Below are positions 1 to 11,913 of a stretch of DNA of 64,000 bases, one piece after another. Numbering within the stretch: position 1 is the first letter of the stretch; every line of letters starts with the position of its first letter. A model generated the notes under the pieces. That model was not told the origin of the DNA, did not search any database, and worked only from the letters and a program-made list of their open reading frames with translations. Source of the stretch: Schmidtea polychroa (Eukaryota); NCBI GenBank assembly GCA_044892525.1, contig CM097887.1, forward strand, positions 79,214,397 to 79,278,396, given 5' to 3'. Position numbers and translations under genes: made by a program.

Positions 1-1314
1 ATTATTGAAATATTTAATTCTCAGCTGAAAACACCTCACAGTATGGGAATATCGAATTTTTTAGATATATGGATAATTTGTCAAATTTTGGTCAGTTCGT
101 TTAGTTTAGGTAAAATTCGTCTGGTTATATAGAAATTAAAGGTGATTCTTGAGGTTTCAGGAGTTTCATTATTTAGGATGCCTGATTCGTTATAGCATAT
201 TGAAAAACTGTGAAATCTTGAATTACAGTCATTTTCTTGAATATTTTATGGATATCGCTGTCTATGAATCTCATTGATTCTTGGTCCATTAAATTATTTT
301 TACATTTCGTGGAGATGAAATCAAGTGTAACAATGTCATAAAATGAAAATTAATAAATACAGCTGATTTTGTATTCCTCTTTGCATCAAATACTTTTTGT
401 GGATTTCATATTTGCAAAACCTTTTAGAACTAATTTCACAAATTTCTATGGTCTTATTATTTAAAATGTTTTGGAGATTAGAGTATTTAAATACGATAAA
501 TTCATATTTATTGTAATTTTTATAAAAAATTGTTTTGTGTTATTTTTTATGAATTTTATACTATTTTTGAACCAGGGACGTAGGTAAGGTGGGGGAGGTT
601 GCCCCCTCAAATAAATTATAAAAAATTTGAAATAATTAAAATAAAATCAACTACAGCTGTAGATACATCAGCAATATGTAATACAATTTTTTATAAAAAT
701 ATTTATAATCTTCTCACAATATTTGCCGGTATCAACTTGTACAGCAGGGGTTTTTCATCACCTAAATACCTGAAGTCATATTTAAGAAATACCATGGATG
801 AAAAATGGTTAAAAGTTTTTCATATTTTCATAAGTTATTAAAAATGCTGTAATCATAATGAAATTAAAATGTATTTTTTCAAGATTCGTGTTAACTGTTA
901 TATAAAATTTATAATTTTTATTGAAGTCCATGTTAAATTTTGCCATTCTGACTTGCATTTATTACCTACTCTTAATTTTCCGACCACCTACTGTATTACC
1001 AACGTTATTACCGGGTTTCATATAATCGAATCGTACTAGAAAATCACAATACTTAATATTTTCATCACAAGCACCATTGTAAGTTAAACAGTCATTTGAC
1101 ATTGTAAGTCAATCGCCAAGCCGACGCAATTTATCCTAAAACTTTGTAATTTGGTCACCCAAATTTTCCCCGCCTTCCTATTTCGTTAAAATATTTTTTG
1201 GAAAATACAAAAATATTTATATTTCATGTAGGATAGGACAAATAAATATATTAATTTAAAAACGTATTGCTTGTACAAAGTTCAGTTTATTAATTAAATA
1301 TTTACATACATACC

Positions 1315-4300
1315 TAGTGCATTCAATACCGGTATACCGGTATCGGTACTACCGGTATTACCGGACTTTTTTCTGGTACCGAAATACCGGTATTGAGTTG
1401 GATCAATGCCGGTATTTCCGGTATAGGATATATAAAAAATATTTAAAATTGTTTCTCAATTTTACTTAAAAAATATTATAATAATAAGGCATTGCTTTTT
1501 TAAGCAAAAATAAATTAGACTTTCATAACTAAATTGACGAATGCAGGACTATTAATGGTTTTGCATGACTGTTTATGCAGAACTAAAAATTGTAAAATTC
1601 ATGACCAATTACAATTTTTCCTGACTAAATTTATTGTTTCCTGACTATTTATTATTTAACTAGTATTTAAAAAGACAAATGTCTCTATTATATCTTCAGT
1701 ACTCATGCAAAAACTTTATGCCTAATAGATTATTAGGCATAAAGTTTTATAAGTAATTATGATAACGTTAAATAAAAAAAACTTTATGCATTCTGAATTG
1801 TATTTTACCCGCGCAAATAAACCTTCCCTTACAAAAAAAAGCACTTTCGAGTACTCGACAAACTATAAGCTTAGATTTCCTAACCTCTGATAAAAATATG
1901 GTGGCTTGCTTATCGTGGTTTTTTTCAGAAATTTGAACTGATCCAATAATAATGTAGGAAGGTTTTTTGTTATGAATGTATTTTTATTTATTTATTTACT
2001 TTTCAATTTGAAATCACCGCAAATATTTTTGGACAAAGCAAAATGATTTTAATCTGTCCACGAATATAACATTGCCACATATGCTCATTATTTAACTTAT
2101 TATTTTAATTGAGTAAATTGTTCATTTATTTTCAAAATAAGCGCTTTTTTATTACAATAGCTATTTGTAGTGAAATTTTCTGGTTTTTTTACTCATGCGT
2201 TGTTTTTTAGTAAAAAAAATGTTTTTTCAATTAATGTTGTACAAATTACAACAGTTTCTTGTAACATTTGATAATTTATTATCTAGATCGTCATATAATT
2301 GGAAGTCTAAAAAACATATAAATAATCAAGATTAAAAATAAGTAAAATTTTTATTTAAGAATGATTTTAAACTTAATTTTGCTTTGGATATTTAAACATA
2401 AATCCCATTAACCAAATATTTCTAGTATGCGATGTGCTAGATTTAATTATTTTATTGACCCGAAATTTCAGAAACCTACTTTTAAATTCAATAATAACAA
2501 TAACGTTATATAATAATTCAGTAGTTAAATTGAAATCCGATTGATATTTATTCAAATAAATACGTCTACGTTAGTAAATTTGCATTTAAATAGTAAGTTT
2601 TTAATTTATAAACATAGATTTGGGTACTTTAAATGAATTAGTTCGATTTTATTTGCAGATTTTTGTTTTTGTTTGAAGACAACAAGAAATAGACAAAAAA
2701 AGTTTTATATTAATTTAATATCCAGAAACCCCCAAAATGTCCCAAAAAATATTCAAAGAGTTCAGCACCGGCGCACGAGTAGACGAAAATTCTGTGTGGT
2801 TTTATTTTCTGCGTGATAAAGAAAATCAACTTTCAAAGTGTAAGAAATGCGACAAAGAGATAAAATCACATGGTGGCAGTACCAGTGGACTCCATACACA
2901 TCTAAGAACAAACCATGAAATTGACTTGCTAAAGAGAAAATCGACCCAAGATGCAGCATCGTCATCGGCTTCGTTTTCATCGGCTCCGTTGTCATCGGCC
3001 AAAAAACCCAAACCTCTGATCACCGATTTCTTCCAAAATCAACATGACAAGTCGTTGCCTGCAGTTCTTTCTAGAATGACCGCCCTTGACGGACTGCCCT
3101 TTAGCGTATTTGCCATATCGGCTGAACTGAGAACATCGCTAGGAGCTCGTGGGTTTATTGTTCCGAAATCGGCGGCGACAATTAGAAATATGGTAGTAAA
3201 ATACGCAAACACAATCAGAGAGACGGTCATATCCAATTTCACTCGTCTCCGAACGCAAGGGATGCGATTCAGTTTGACATTTGATGAGTGGACGTCAATA
3301 AAAAATCGCAGATATTTAAATGTAAACGTTCACACCGAGGACGAATTTTGGAGCCTTGGATTAGGTAGAGTTGTTGGTTCACTGCCTGCTGAAAAATGCA
3401 TTGAGTTGGTTCAAAAAGTGTTGACGCAGTTTATGCTGAATTACGATGAAGACATTGTGTGCATTACTACTGATGGAGCTTCCGTAATGCAAAAAGTGGG
3501 ACGTTTAAGCAATTGTGATCAACAGTTTTGCATTGTGCATGGCATTCAACTGGGTGTGCTAGACGTTTTGTACAAAAAACCGTCAACTTCTGCTAAAACA
3601 ATCTTGAAAGGAATCTCGAATGACGAGAGAAGCAGAGAAAGTGAGGATGACGACGCAAACCTAACCAATGATGATGAAGAAGACTTTTCGGACGGGTTTC
3701 AAGTTGTGATGAGTGAGAAGGACGACACTATCCAACTGACTGATGAGTTGCAGCCGTTAATCGCTAAGGTGCGCACCGTTGTAAAATTGTTTCGCTGTTC
3801 ACCGACAAAAAATGATAAAACGCTCGAAAAATACACAGTAGACGAATTTGGTAAAGCTCTTCCACTAATATTCGATTCAAAAACTCGTTGGAGTAGCTTG
3901 CACACAATGCTCGCACGTTTCATGAAATTGAAAAATTGCATTCGCAAGTCGCTGATTGACCTTCAGTCCAAAATTGAGATAAGTGACAAGGAGTTCGACA
4001 CAATTTCATCGGTTGTGGCATGTCTCGAGCCAGTGAAATTAGCCGTGGAAGCATTGTGTCGCGATGATGCAACACTGTTGTCAGCCGATACAACACTATT
4101 ATTCATGGTAAATTACCTTGGAGACACGGAATTAGCTGTTAAATTGAAAGCTGCGTTGGTGCGACGAATAAATGAGCGACGGACACCTTTTTCTAGCTTG
4201 CTACACTATCTGCACAAGGGCCATCAACGATACGAGAATTTGGATCCAGCGCTGTCTTTTGAGCAACTTAGCAAATCAGCCATTTTAAATGCCATAGTTC

Positions 4301-4913
4301 AACTGAATGAGCGGCTCAATCAGCGAGCAGACGAGCCTCTCCCTTCGACCAGCGTTTCATCTGATAGCGATTCTGTTGACAGCACTGCAAACTTGTCATT
4401 GAAAGAAAAGCTTGACATGGCAATTTTGAATGATAAAAAGTGTAAAAATAAGGTAAGATTGAACGTTTCGAAAGATTTATCAAAAACAATCCGCAAGGAG
4501 ATTGCAATTTTCGAAGTAGAAGGAACTCGTGGAACATATTTGCAAAACACCTACGAATACTTGAAAACTATAAAGCCAGCAAGTGTCGAATCGGAGCGTG
4601 TATTTTCAGCAAGTGGCAACTTTGTCACCAAATTACGATCATCTCTTGAGGATGACACTCTGAATGCCCTTTGTTTCTTACGGGCATATTTTACAAAGGA
4701 GAAAAACAGCGCAAAATGAAAAAAATTGTTATTTTGATACAAAATAAAAAAGTTTATTGAATCACTGTAAATTTTTACTATTTATTTGATATTTTAATCA
4801 AATTTTATTTTTTTCTAGTTTCAATACCGGTATTATACCGGTATTACCGGTATTGAAATATTTCAATACCGCAATACCGGTATTGAAAAATCATACCGGT
4901 ATTAAATGCACTA
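1315..4913 (+). mobile_element. Full-length autonomous hAT DNA transposon (Ac/ZBED-like)
   Basis: 21-bp TIRs TAGTGCATTCAATACCGGTAT (from 1315) / ATACCGGTATTAAATGCACTA (ending 4913), 1 mismatch. Perfect 8-bp TSD TACATACC at 1307-1314 and 4914-4921. Clusters of palindromic ACCGGT subterminal repeats at both ends. Encloses a 660-aa transposase ORF. Confidence 0.97.
2737..4719 (+). CDS. Intact hAT transposase, 660 aa (BED zinc finger, DDE RNase-H core, C-terminal dimerization domain)
   Basis: BED finger (VWFYF..CKKC..HLRTNH), SLTFDEW (D1), ITTDGAS (D2), CIVH (CxxH), TRWSS, SVESERVFS (E). No stops or frameshifts. Confidence 0.95.
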   Translation: MSQKIFKEFSTGARVDENSVWFYFLRDKENQLSKCKKCDKEIKSHGGSTSGLHTHLRTNHEIDLLKRKSTQDAASSSASFSSAPLSSAKKPKPLITDFFQNQHDKSLPAVLSRMTALDGLPFSVFAISAELRTSLGARGFIVPKSAATIRNMVVKYANTIRETVISNFTRLRTQGMRFSLTFDEWTSIKNRRYLNVNVHTEDEFWSLGLGRVVGSLPAEKCIELVQKVLTQFMLNYDEDIVCITTDGASVMQKVGRLSNCDQQFCIVHGIQLGVLDVLYKKPSTSAKTILKGISNDERSRESEDDDANLTNDDEEDFSDGFQVVMSEKDDTIQLTDELQPLIAKVRTVVKLFRCSPTKNDKTLEKYTVDEFGKALPLIFDSKTRWSSLHTMLARFMKLKNCIRKSLIDLQSKIEISDKEFDTISSVVACLEPVKLAVEALCRDDATLLSADTTLLFMVNYLGDTELAVKLKAALVRRINERRTPFSSLLHYLHKGHQRYENLDPALSFEQLSKSAILNAIVQLNERLNQRADEPLPSTSVSSDSDSVDSTANLSLKEKLDMAILNDKKCKNKVRLNVSKDLSKTIRKEIAIFEVEGTRGTYLQNTYEYLKTIKPASVESERVFSASGNFVTKLRSSLEDDTLNALCFLRAYFTKEKNSAK

Positions 4914-4919
4914 TACATA

Positions 4920-5138
4920 CCGTATATACTCGCGTATAAGTCGAGTAAATTTTAAGATGTTTTTAAGTCCTAAATTGGAAACCCGCGTATAAGTCGAAGT
5001 AACAAAAATTAAAAAAAGGTTTAATGATTTCATTAAAAATTAATTTTTACGTTTTTTGACCCGCGTATAAGTCGAAGTGGCTATTTTTACTTGAAAATTT
5101 GAAGTAAATTTCTCGACTTATACGCGAGTATGTTACGG
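4920..5138. mobile_element. Tc1/mariner-superfamily (pogo/Tc2-type) MITE, ~219 bp
   Basis: TIR CCGTATATACTCGCGTATAAGTCGAG / CTCGACTTATACGCGAGTATGTTACGG, with TA before the left end. Internal ACCCGCGTATAAGTCGAAGT is repeated twice. The hAT target site overlaps its left end. Confidence 0.8.
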
Positions 5139-5897
5139 TTATATCAGCCAAACTAAATTGATATTGGAAATTGAGATTTTGTTGAATCGGCCGCTTCTAC
5201 AGATTGACCATTCACGTGTTCGCCTCCAGTCGGGACCGGAACTACCCACGGTGCAACAATAATAAGGAATGTTTGTTTATTATTATAATTTGAAATATGT
5301 AAAACCCTAAAAAAAGAACACTATAAAATTCAATGTCACAGCTTTTTATTTCTGATAGTCTTGCAATTAGATAATGTGTAGTTAAATTACGGAAATATTT
5401 TTAAAAGATGTTATGGATGATTCAATATCTGATATCATTTTTATAACTTATAATAATTATGCTCTGATTGTATTTCATTTCTACCGACAATAGATCAATG
5501 TTTTTATTTAACTCGAATTTTTAACACTTTTATAATAGGAAATATGACAATAAAAAAAATTGTAAATGAAAAATATCAAAGGCGAGTGAGAGAAGTGATT
5601 TTTCTATTTTGAGAATATACTTATTAACTTTCATCCTAGGTTTTAGCAGCTTCTAAAACAACATATAAATTGGCCGATAATTTCCATAATACATTTTCCC
5701 CCATTAAAACTTATCTTTAGTGGTTCGCAAAAATCAATAAACTTTTTTACTGATAAATTTCATAAATTATTATTACCATGTTAGATAATTCAAAGACGGA
5801 TATAATAAAAATCATGACATAGAAGTTCGAATATTTATCTCTGTTGAAAGGGAGACTATTATGTAATAATGAAAATGTATATTGCGATATTTTGAAT

Positions 5898-6232
5898 CGT
5901 ATCCGGCAAATTCATTGTGGGGAAATTCAGTGGAACTAATACTCCTACAGTTAAAAAACGTTACAGAGACAGGGCTCTTCGTGTTCAACGTATTGCTCGA
6001 GATGATGATAATCGTGATTACCTTTTTGGCTTAGCTCATAATTGGAACTTTTAATTATTTTTTTGCATGCTATTATAAAAAATTGTTTCAGATTCATTTT
6101 TTTACAATTTTTGATAAAAATTAATAAACCATGTAAAAAGTCAAATGAAAAATATCAAGATCTGTAATTTCCTGGATTCTAAAAGTTTTTGAATTTGCGA
6201 GGAATTTTCCGACGATGAATTTGCCGTAAACC
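5898..6232 (+). mobile_element. Non-autonomous Mutator (MULE) element, 335 bp
   Basis: ~31-bp imperfect TIRs (CGTATCCGGCAAATTCATTGTGGGGAAATTC vs reverse complement GGTTTACGGCAAATTCATCGTCGGAAAATTC). Perfect 9-bp TSD ATTTTGAAT at 5889-5897 and 6233-6241. Internal remnant KKRYRDRALRVQRIARDDDNRDYLFGLAHNWNF* resembles the C-terminus of MULE transposases. Confidence 0.85.
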
Positions 6233-6779
6233 ATTTTGAATAAATGAAACATTATGATTTTATTGTATTTATGCAAGTGCAAATTTTAATAAAATCCAGT
6301 CATAGAACATCACAAGAAACGAATTAATTGGGATTGGTATTTTCAGTGAAATCGTTACCTGGGCGGTAACAGAACAAATAATGCAATTGTTCACATAAAT
6401 TCAACAATCCGGTATTAAAATGATCATTGTTCATATATAAAATAGCTAATTTTCAATAAAAAAATCAAATTTCACAAAAAAACTATTTGTTTAGTTCAAA
6501 ATCGAGAAATCCTCTAAGAAAATATTTTGTCTAAATGTGGAAATGTAAATAATATATGCATGATGGTAACAGTTGAGTGGGACAATAAAACGCCACACAA
6601 ATATCGTTAAGAATTGTTTACCATGATTACACGGAATTATTATTTCTAAAAAAAATGTAAAAATCCAAAATGGCTGCTAGAATAATACAATAAAGAAAAT
6701 CAAAAAGATAAAAGTGTATTGATTATTTATACCAAAAACATATACAAATTGTCACAATCAAAATCAATATATCAGTCAA

Positions 6780-7426
6780 TCAATAATCACAGGAAGGCTT
6801 CACCGAAAAATCTAATATATAGAGCTTAGAAAAGTCCGATCGATTGCCGGTGCCAACAGCACAAACCAAATGTGTATTGTTGATGACAGCCCGCCACATC
6901 ACTGCTCCAGAAAATGAGTGCCTCAATTGAACAATATCCTTGATGAACACTCCATCATTGAGATTCCATAATTTCACAGTGCCACCAAGTTCCGAGCTGA
7001 CAATGAGTTTATCCAAAACGATCTGGATGCCGGTTAAAGGTGACGTGTGCGCGTGCTGCCCTTGCAGTTCCAATGCGCATTCTCCAGTGATCACCCGCCA
7101 CACTCTAATTGTGTTATCTGCGTTCCCACTGACGATCAGTGACTCATCGCTGTTCATTACCATCCCAGATGTCAACGATTTATGGCCAACTAGAACATGA
7201 GTGCAAATTCCTGTGTGAATATCCCAGATACGAATTGTCGTATCTAGACTAGCGGACAGGATAACAGTGACGCCCAAATGGATTGTATACACGCGATCGG
7301 TATGGCCATTCAATATAAATACACAAATTCCAGTTCTGATATCCCACACTCGAACGGTGTTGTCATAACTACCAGAAACTACACGAGTGGAGCTAGCTTG
7401 CAAGCAGCGTATCGCCCCGGTATGAC
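6780..7426 (-). CDS. FBXW7: FBXW7-like F-box/WD40 protein, last coding exon (C-terminal WD40 repeats)
   Basis: Acceptor AG at 7427-7428. G|GT-HTGAIRCLQ..VSGSYDNTVRVWD, GHKSLTSGM..LIVSGNAD, GTVKLW..VMWR..THLVCAVGT..SKLYILDF parallel FBXW7 motifs (GHQSLTSGM, LVSGNAD, KLVCAVGS, TKLLVLDF). TGA stop at 6780-6782. Confidence 0.93.
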
Positions 7427-8215
7427 CTGATTGGTAATGACAATATTCAATAACATTTTATTAATTTATATAATCAATTTATTGGTAGGAGCATATATGG
7501 TAATGGTAATAATAAAAATAATAATGAGATAAAGGAAATATATAAAAATTATCAACGATAAAGAAAATAAACAATTTTACTATTATCTTTCTTTTATTTT
7601 GTTTTAATATGGACACACATATAAAAATAAAAACTGAAATATAATAATTTATCTTGTAAAAATGAGTTTCAATTTAAATTAACCGAGGCCAGAAATATAA
7701 AAATTATTGAAGTTTATTTTCTCGAAAATAATTCTGCTGCGCCTGCATCCAATGTCAGTTTTTATTAAATGAAACATCTTTGTATTAGTGAAATATATCA
7801 ATATTTTCTGAATATACTATTTATTTTAACCTCTTAAGTACCGCGTGCGGATTTATGTCTTACCTATTATCTGGAAATATCTATCTTAAATGATGCTGAC
7901 ATTAACATTAAATATTAAGTCACAGGTAAATCTGTAAGTTTATAATATAAACCTATTGACTTTTTACATTATGGATAGCTTTATTCCATGAAACCACATG
8001 TATACATTAAATATAAAAAGTAGAATACAAATTGATTGACACGCCATCTAACGATAGAAACACGGCAGGTAGGTATATACAGAGATTCGGCTTAATTTTC
8101 ACATTGCATATAAATCTGTCATATCGAGGTTAAAAAGTTAACATTTTAATTACTTGTAATAAACCAATCGATAGGATTTAAGAAATTTTAACATTCAACA
8201 TTCATCAATTATGTA

Positions 8216-10386
8216 CAGTAGTTTCCCGCTTAATTGCGCATCCCGCTTAATTGCGCATTTAGGCTCAAAATATTTGTGTTTCAATTTTTACTGAGTTTTT
8301 TGTTTAAAGTGTAATTCTATCAAAAACTGTAACACTAATTTTTTCTGTGAATAGTTAAAAACTAGTTTTTATCATTAATATTTTGAGGAAACGATATATC
8401 AGGATAAATAGATAAATAACTTTATACATTTTTGCAATAATCAGAGGTTGCTTTGATTTTTTTCAGAAAAAATATTAATAGTCATTAACAGTAAATGATA
8501 AATCTTATTTTAAACAGAAAAATTATTAGTTTTAACGATTAATCATTCAATTCTCTGTAAAAAACATTCATAATAAAAATTTAAAGTTTAGTCATCATTT
8601 ATAAATTCTTCTCTTCCTGATGCCTAAAGGCAAAGGAAAAAGATTATCAGAAGATCAGAGAATCGAAATAATAGCTAAGCTTACAAAACGTGATGCGCCA
8701 AGTAAACGAGCGATTGCAAGAGAATATAATGTTACTGAAAATTCAATTCGATCTCTCTGGAATAATCGAAATGCAGTAGAAAAAAGAAGTTTACTTATGA
8801 CTGAAGAAGCTAGGAAAAACGTGTTTCGATCATCTTCTGGAAAATTTGAGGCAATAGAAAATGAGCTTTATATTTGGATAGATGCATTGCGTCGTTCGAA
8901 GATTGAAGTGCCTCCATCGTTAGCAATTATGAAAGCAAAAGAAATAGCGAAAAACTTAAATATAAAAGAAGAAGACTTTAAAGCTTCATGGCAATGGCTA
9001 GCAAACTTTCGTCGTCGTCGAGGCTTAACATCAATGCATCTTTTTGGAGGAGCTGAAGTTGACAAGGACGATCCTGTTCTTCTTCAACAACTTGAGGATC
9101 TATACTCAGTTATTAAAATCTACAGACCCGAGAATGTTTATAATATGGACGAAACTGGACTTTTCTTTCGCTTGCTACCTAGATATTCCCTGTTAATGCC
9201 TACACAAAGTTTAGAAACTACAAGAGGAAAAAAAATCAAAAGAAAGAGTTACTTTAGTTGTTTGCTCTAACGCAACAGGATCTCATAAAATACCCTGTAC
9301 TATGATTGGAAAAGCTGCACGACCAGCTTGTATAGTTGGTAGAACATGGCCTATACCTTATTTTTGTCAGTAAAAATGCATGGATGGATGTCTCTATATG
9401 TTGGAAATGGTTCAATGAAGTATTTTATCCTGCAGTTAAACAAAAAACTGGTTTGCCTGTGCTTTTATTATTAGACAATGCTCCGGGACATTTTGAGGCG
9501 TTTGAGCGAAATCTTGTAAAAGTTGTTTTCTTCCCTCCAAATTGCACAAGTTGGAAGCAACCTTGTGGTATGGGGATTATTGCCGCTTTCAAAAAGCGAT
9601 ATAAATATCTATATCTTTCAGACATATTGTCATATTACAGTCTCGATGAAAATACAAAAGAATGTCTGAAAGAAAGTAGTCTTTTGTGCAAGAGAGGTGC
9701 AGCTGGAGTTGAATACGGGAAACCTGCACATCTTCTTGACGCTGCTAAGTATGTTGAATTGGCTTGGAAATTGATTCAACCTTCATCACTAAAAAATTGT
9801 TTCGACAAAGCAGAAATATTTCAGAAATCCAGTTCCCTTGACTCTGAAGAATGCTCTGAGGATACTAACTTAGAATCTTTTAATATGCTCTTGCTGCTGA
9901 AGGAAATTAGTGGAATTGGGAAGATGATTAGTTCAGAAGAAATAAGCAATTTTGAATCAATTGACTCTGAAGACTCTCTAATATATATTGAAGCAATCAA
10001 GGAAGACATTGAAGATTGTTTGTCGCTTGAAAAAGCTAACGATAATTATACATTTATCTCTAATAGATATTGGCAAGCAATTAAAATGCCAAAAAGCTAA
10101 AGCAATTTTAAAAGACGAAAAATTAATGAATAGCTACGAACAATTTTCATCAAACATACGGTCAGTAATTATGAAAATTAAACGCGAAAAGCAGCAGAAT
10201 GCATATCAGCCTACAATTCATGACTTTTTCTGATGTTCATAATAAAACTTTTATTAAAGATATGTTTATATAGTTAATAATTAAATTTGCTTATATTTTT
10301 CATATTTTTTTCTTATTTGCGCACTCCTAGTTAATTGCGCACTGCAGTGCCTGTTTCAATTTGCGCAATTAAGCGGGAGACTACTG
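8216..10386 (+). mobile_element. pogo/Tigger-family DNA transposon, full length but inactivated
   Basis: 25-bp TIRs CAGTAGTTTCCCGCTTAATTGCGCA / TGCGCAATTAAGCGGGAGACTACTG (1 mismatch). TA TSD at 8214-8215 and 10387-10388. Confidence 0.95.
8620..10233 (+). pseudogene. Tigger/pogo transposase pseudogene (CENP-B-type HTH + DDE_1)
   Basis: HTH motifs, FKASWQWLANF, YNMDETGLF, LLLDNAPGH. Frameshifts near 9235, 9365 and 10065. The third catalytic position reads QPCGMG instead of the usual QPxDxG. Confidence 0.9.
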
Positions 10387-10610
10387 TATATTAAGTTTAG
10401 TTGAAAATACATTTTGGATAAATTAACACTAGACTTACGAAACCTGTCAATTTGAAAATGAAAAATTTTAAAAATGAAAAATTATAAAATATTTAGTTTT
10501 ATATTAAATCAATTTTGTAAATTTTTTCAATAAATTTGGCTGAAAAAACAGCATTTGAATGTATTCGTCAGTATAATGGGATTCAATAAAAATATATATT
10601 CAATTTTATA

Positions 10611-10682
10611 ATAATAAAGTAATAAATAAAGTAATAATAAATAAAGTAATAAATAAATAAAGTAATAAATAATAAATAAAGT
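10611..10682. repeat. Low-complexity (AATAAATAAAGT)n-like microsatellite
   Basis: Visible tandem aataaataaagt/aataataa units. Confidence 0.7.
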
Positions 10683-11913
10683 AGCCTTTTAATTTCATAG
10701 AGTAAAATTTTCAGGTTATTTTCTGAGCATTTAAGCACATAATATCAATGATTATAAATGCGGAATCTGTAAAGTGATAATCAATAATGCTCATTTTTAT
10801 GGGTATATGCTTAAGGATGCTGTGTAAGTGTTATAGTTGGTATGTATAATAATTGCTGTGTACAATGTGTTGTGGAAGAAATTGAAGGGCCCAAAAGAGT
10901 CACCCAATAACCAATGTGAGGACAATTGGGGTGTATGCTATTTAAAATTAAAAATATGAATATTGTTAATATAACAAAAAAAATAGAACACACTTTGTAT
11001 TTTCAGTTATCGGAGCAGGATAATAAATATTTAATTGCATTCGAAGCTTTGTTTCTTTTGTAAATTTATAATAGATGATGTAAATAATTCAAGAAATCTT
11101 GATAAATGAAAATATCACTGAGTATTTTCTCAACTTTGAAAAGCGATGGAGAATAATTTATCAAAAAAGACAGTAAAATTCTTTTAATACTGGTTGATTC
11201 GAAAATTCCAGAGTATATTTAATAAATGTTAAATTAAATATTATTGATTTTTTTTAATCTATTCTCTATAGTAAATTGGCAGGGTTACCATAACGAATTA
11301 GCTTTGAATAAAAATACAAAAAAATAATAACAATAATAATAAAATTTGAGGGATAACCAAATCATTATACTCATCAAGCAAAATATGGATGTAATTGTCT
11401 GAAATGTATTAATCAATTTAGTGAGAATGGCAGCGCCAATTGTCCAACATGTTAACATGAAGATATAAATTATATTAAAATCTCTTAATTTATGGGGAAA
11501 TGACAGAATGAATATTGCGACAATGAAGAGAAGCTCAATGAAATGCCTGAGAATTTGAGATAATGCTCCACGAAAAGTGTTGTTAGTATCAGCTGCTTAT
11601 CGAAGGCGATGAGTAGTGATAAAATGAATGATCATTTCAATTCGAGTATTTAGGACCACAGTCAAATATTGATTGAATTTATCAGACAATCGATACATTA
11701 TACAAGTTAAAAATCAATAACTAACATTGATACGTAACAACGGGGGGAAGTTCTCAAACAAATCACAGTGCTTCAAATATATATTTACGGTGCAATTATA
11801 AACGAGGCCACCACATTGGTATTGGTACCCTTATTGATCTCATTAATAGAGTACTGAGAAAGGCAGATAAATTTGTAACATCTTAACACACTAAGACATT
11901 CACCCGAATCATG

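Noticed and set aside
1-480. Minus-strand LINE reverse-transcriptase remnant
   Set aside because: Only a vague DIVTLDF motif in heavily broken frames; insufficient support.
580-860. hAT MITE starting CAGGGACGTAGG and ORF 599-841
   Set aside because: No matching right end or TSD found; the ORF has no recognisable features.
7830-8129. TTAA-flanked piggyBac-type MITE (CCTC...GAGG)
   Set aside because: Only 4 bp of terminal complementarity, expected by chance in AT-rich DNA.
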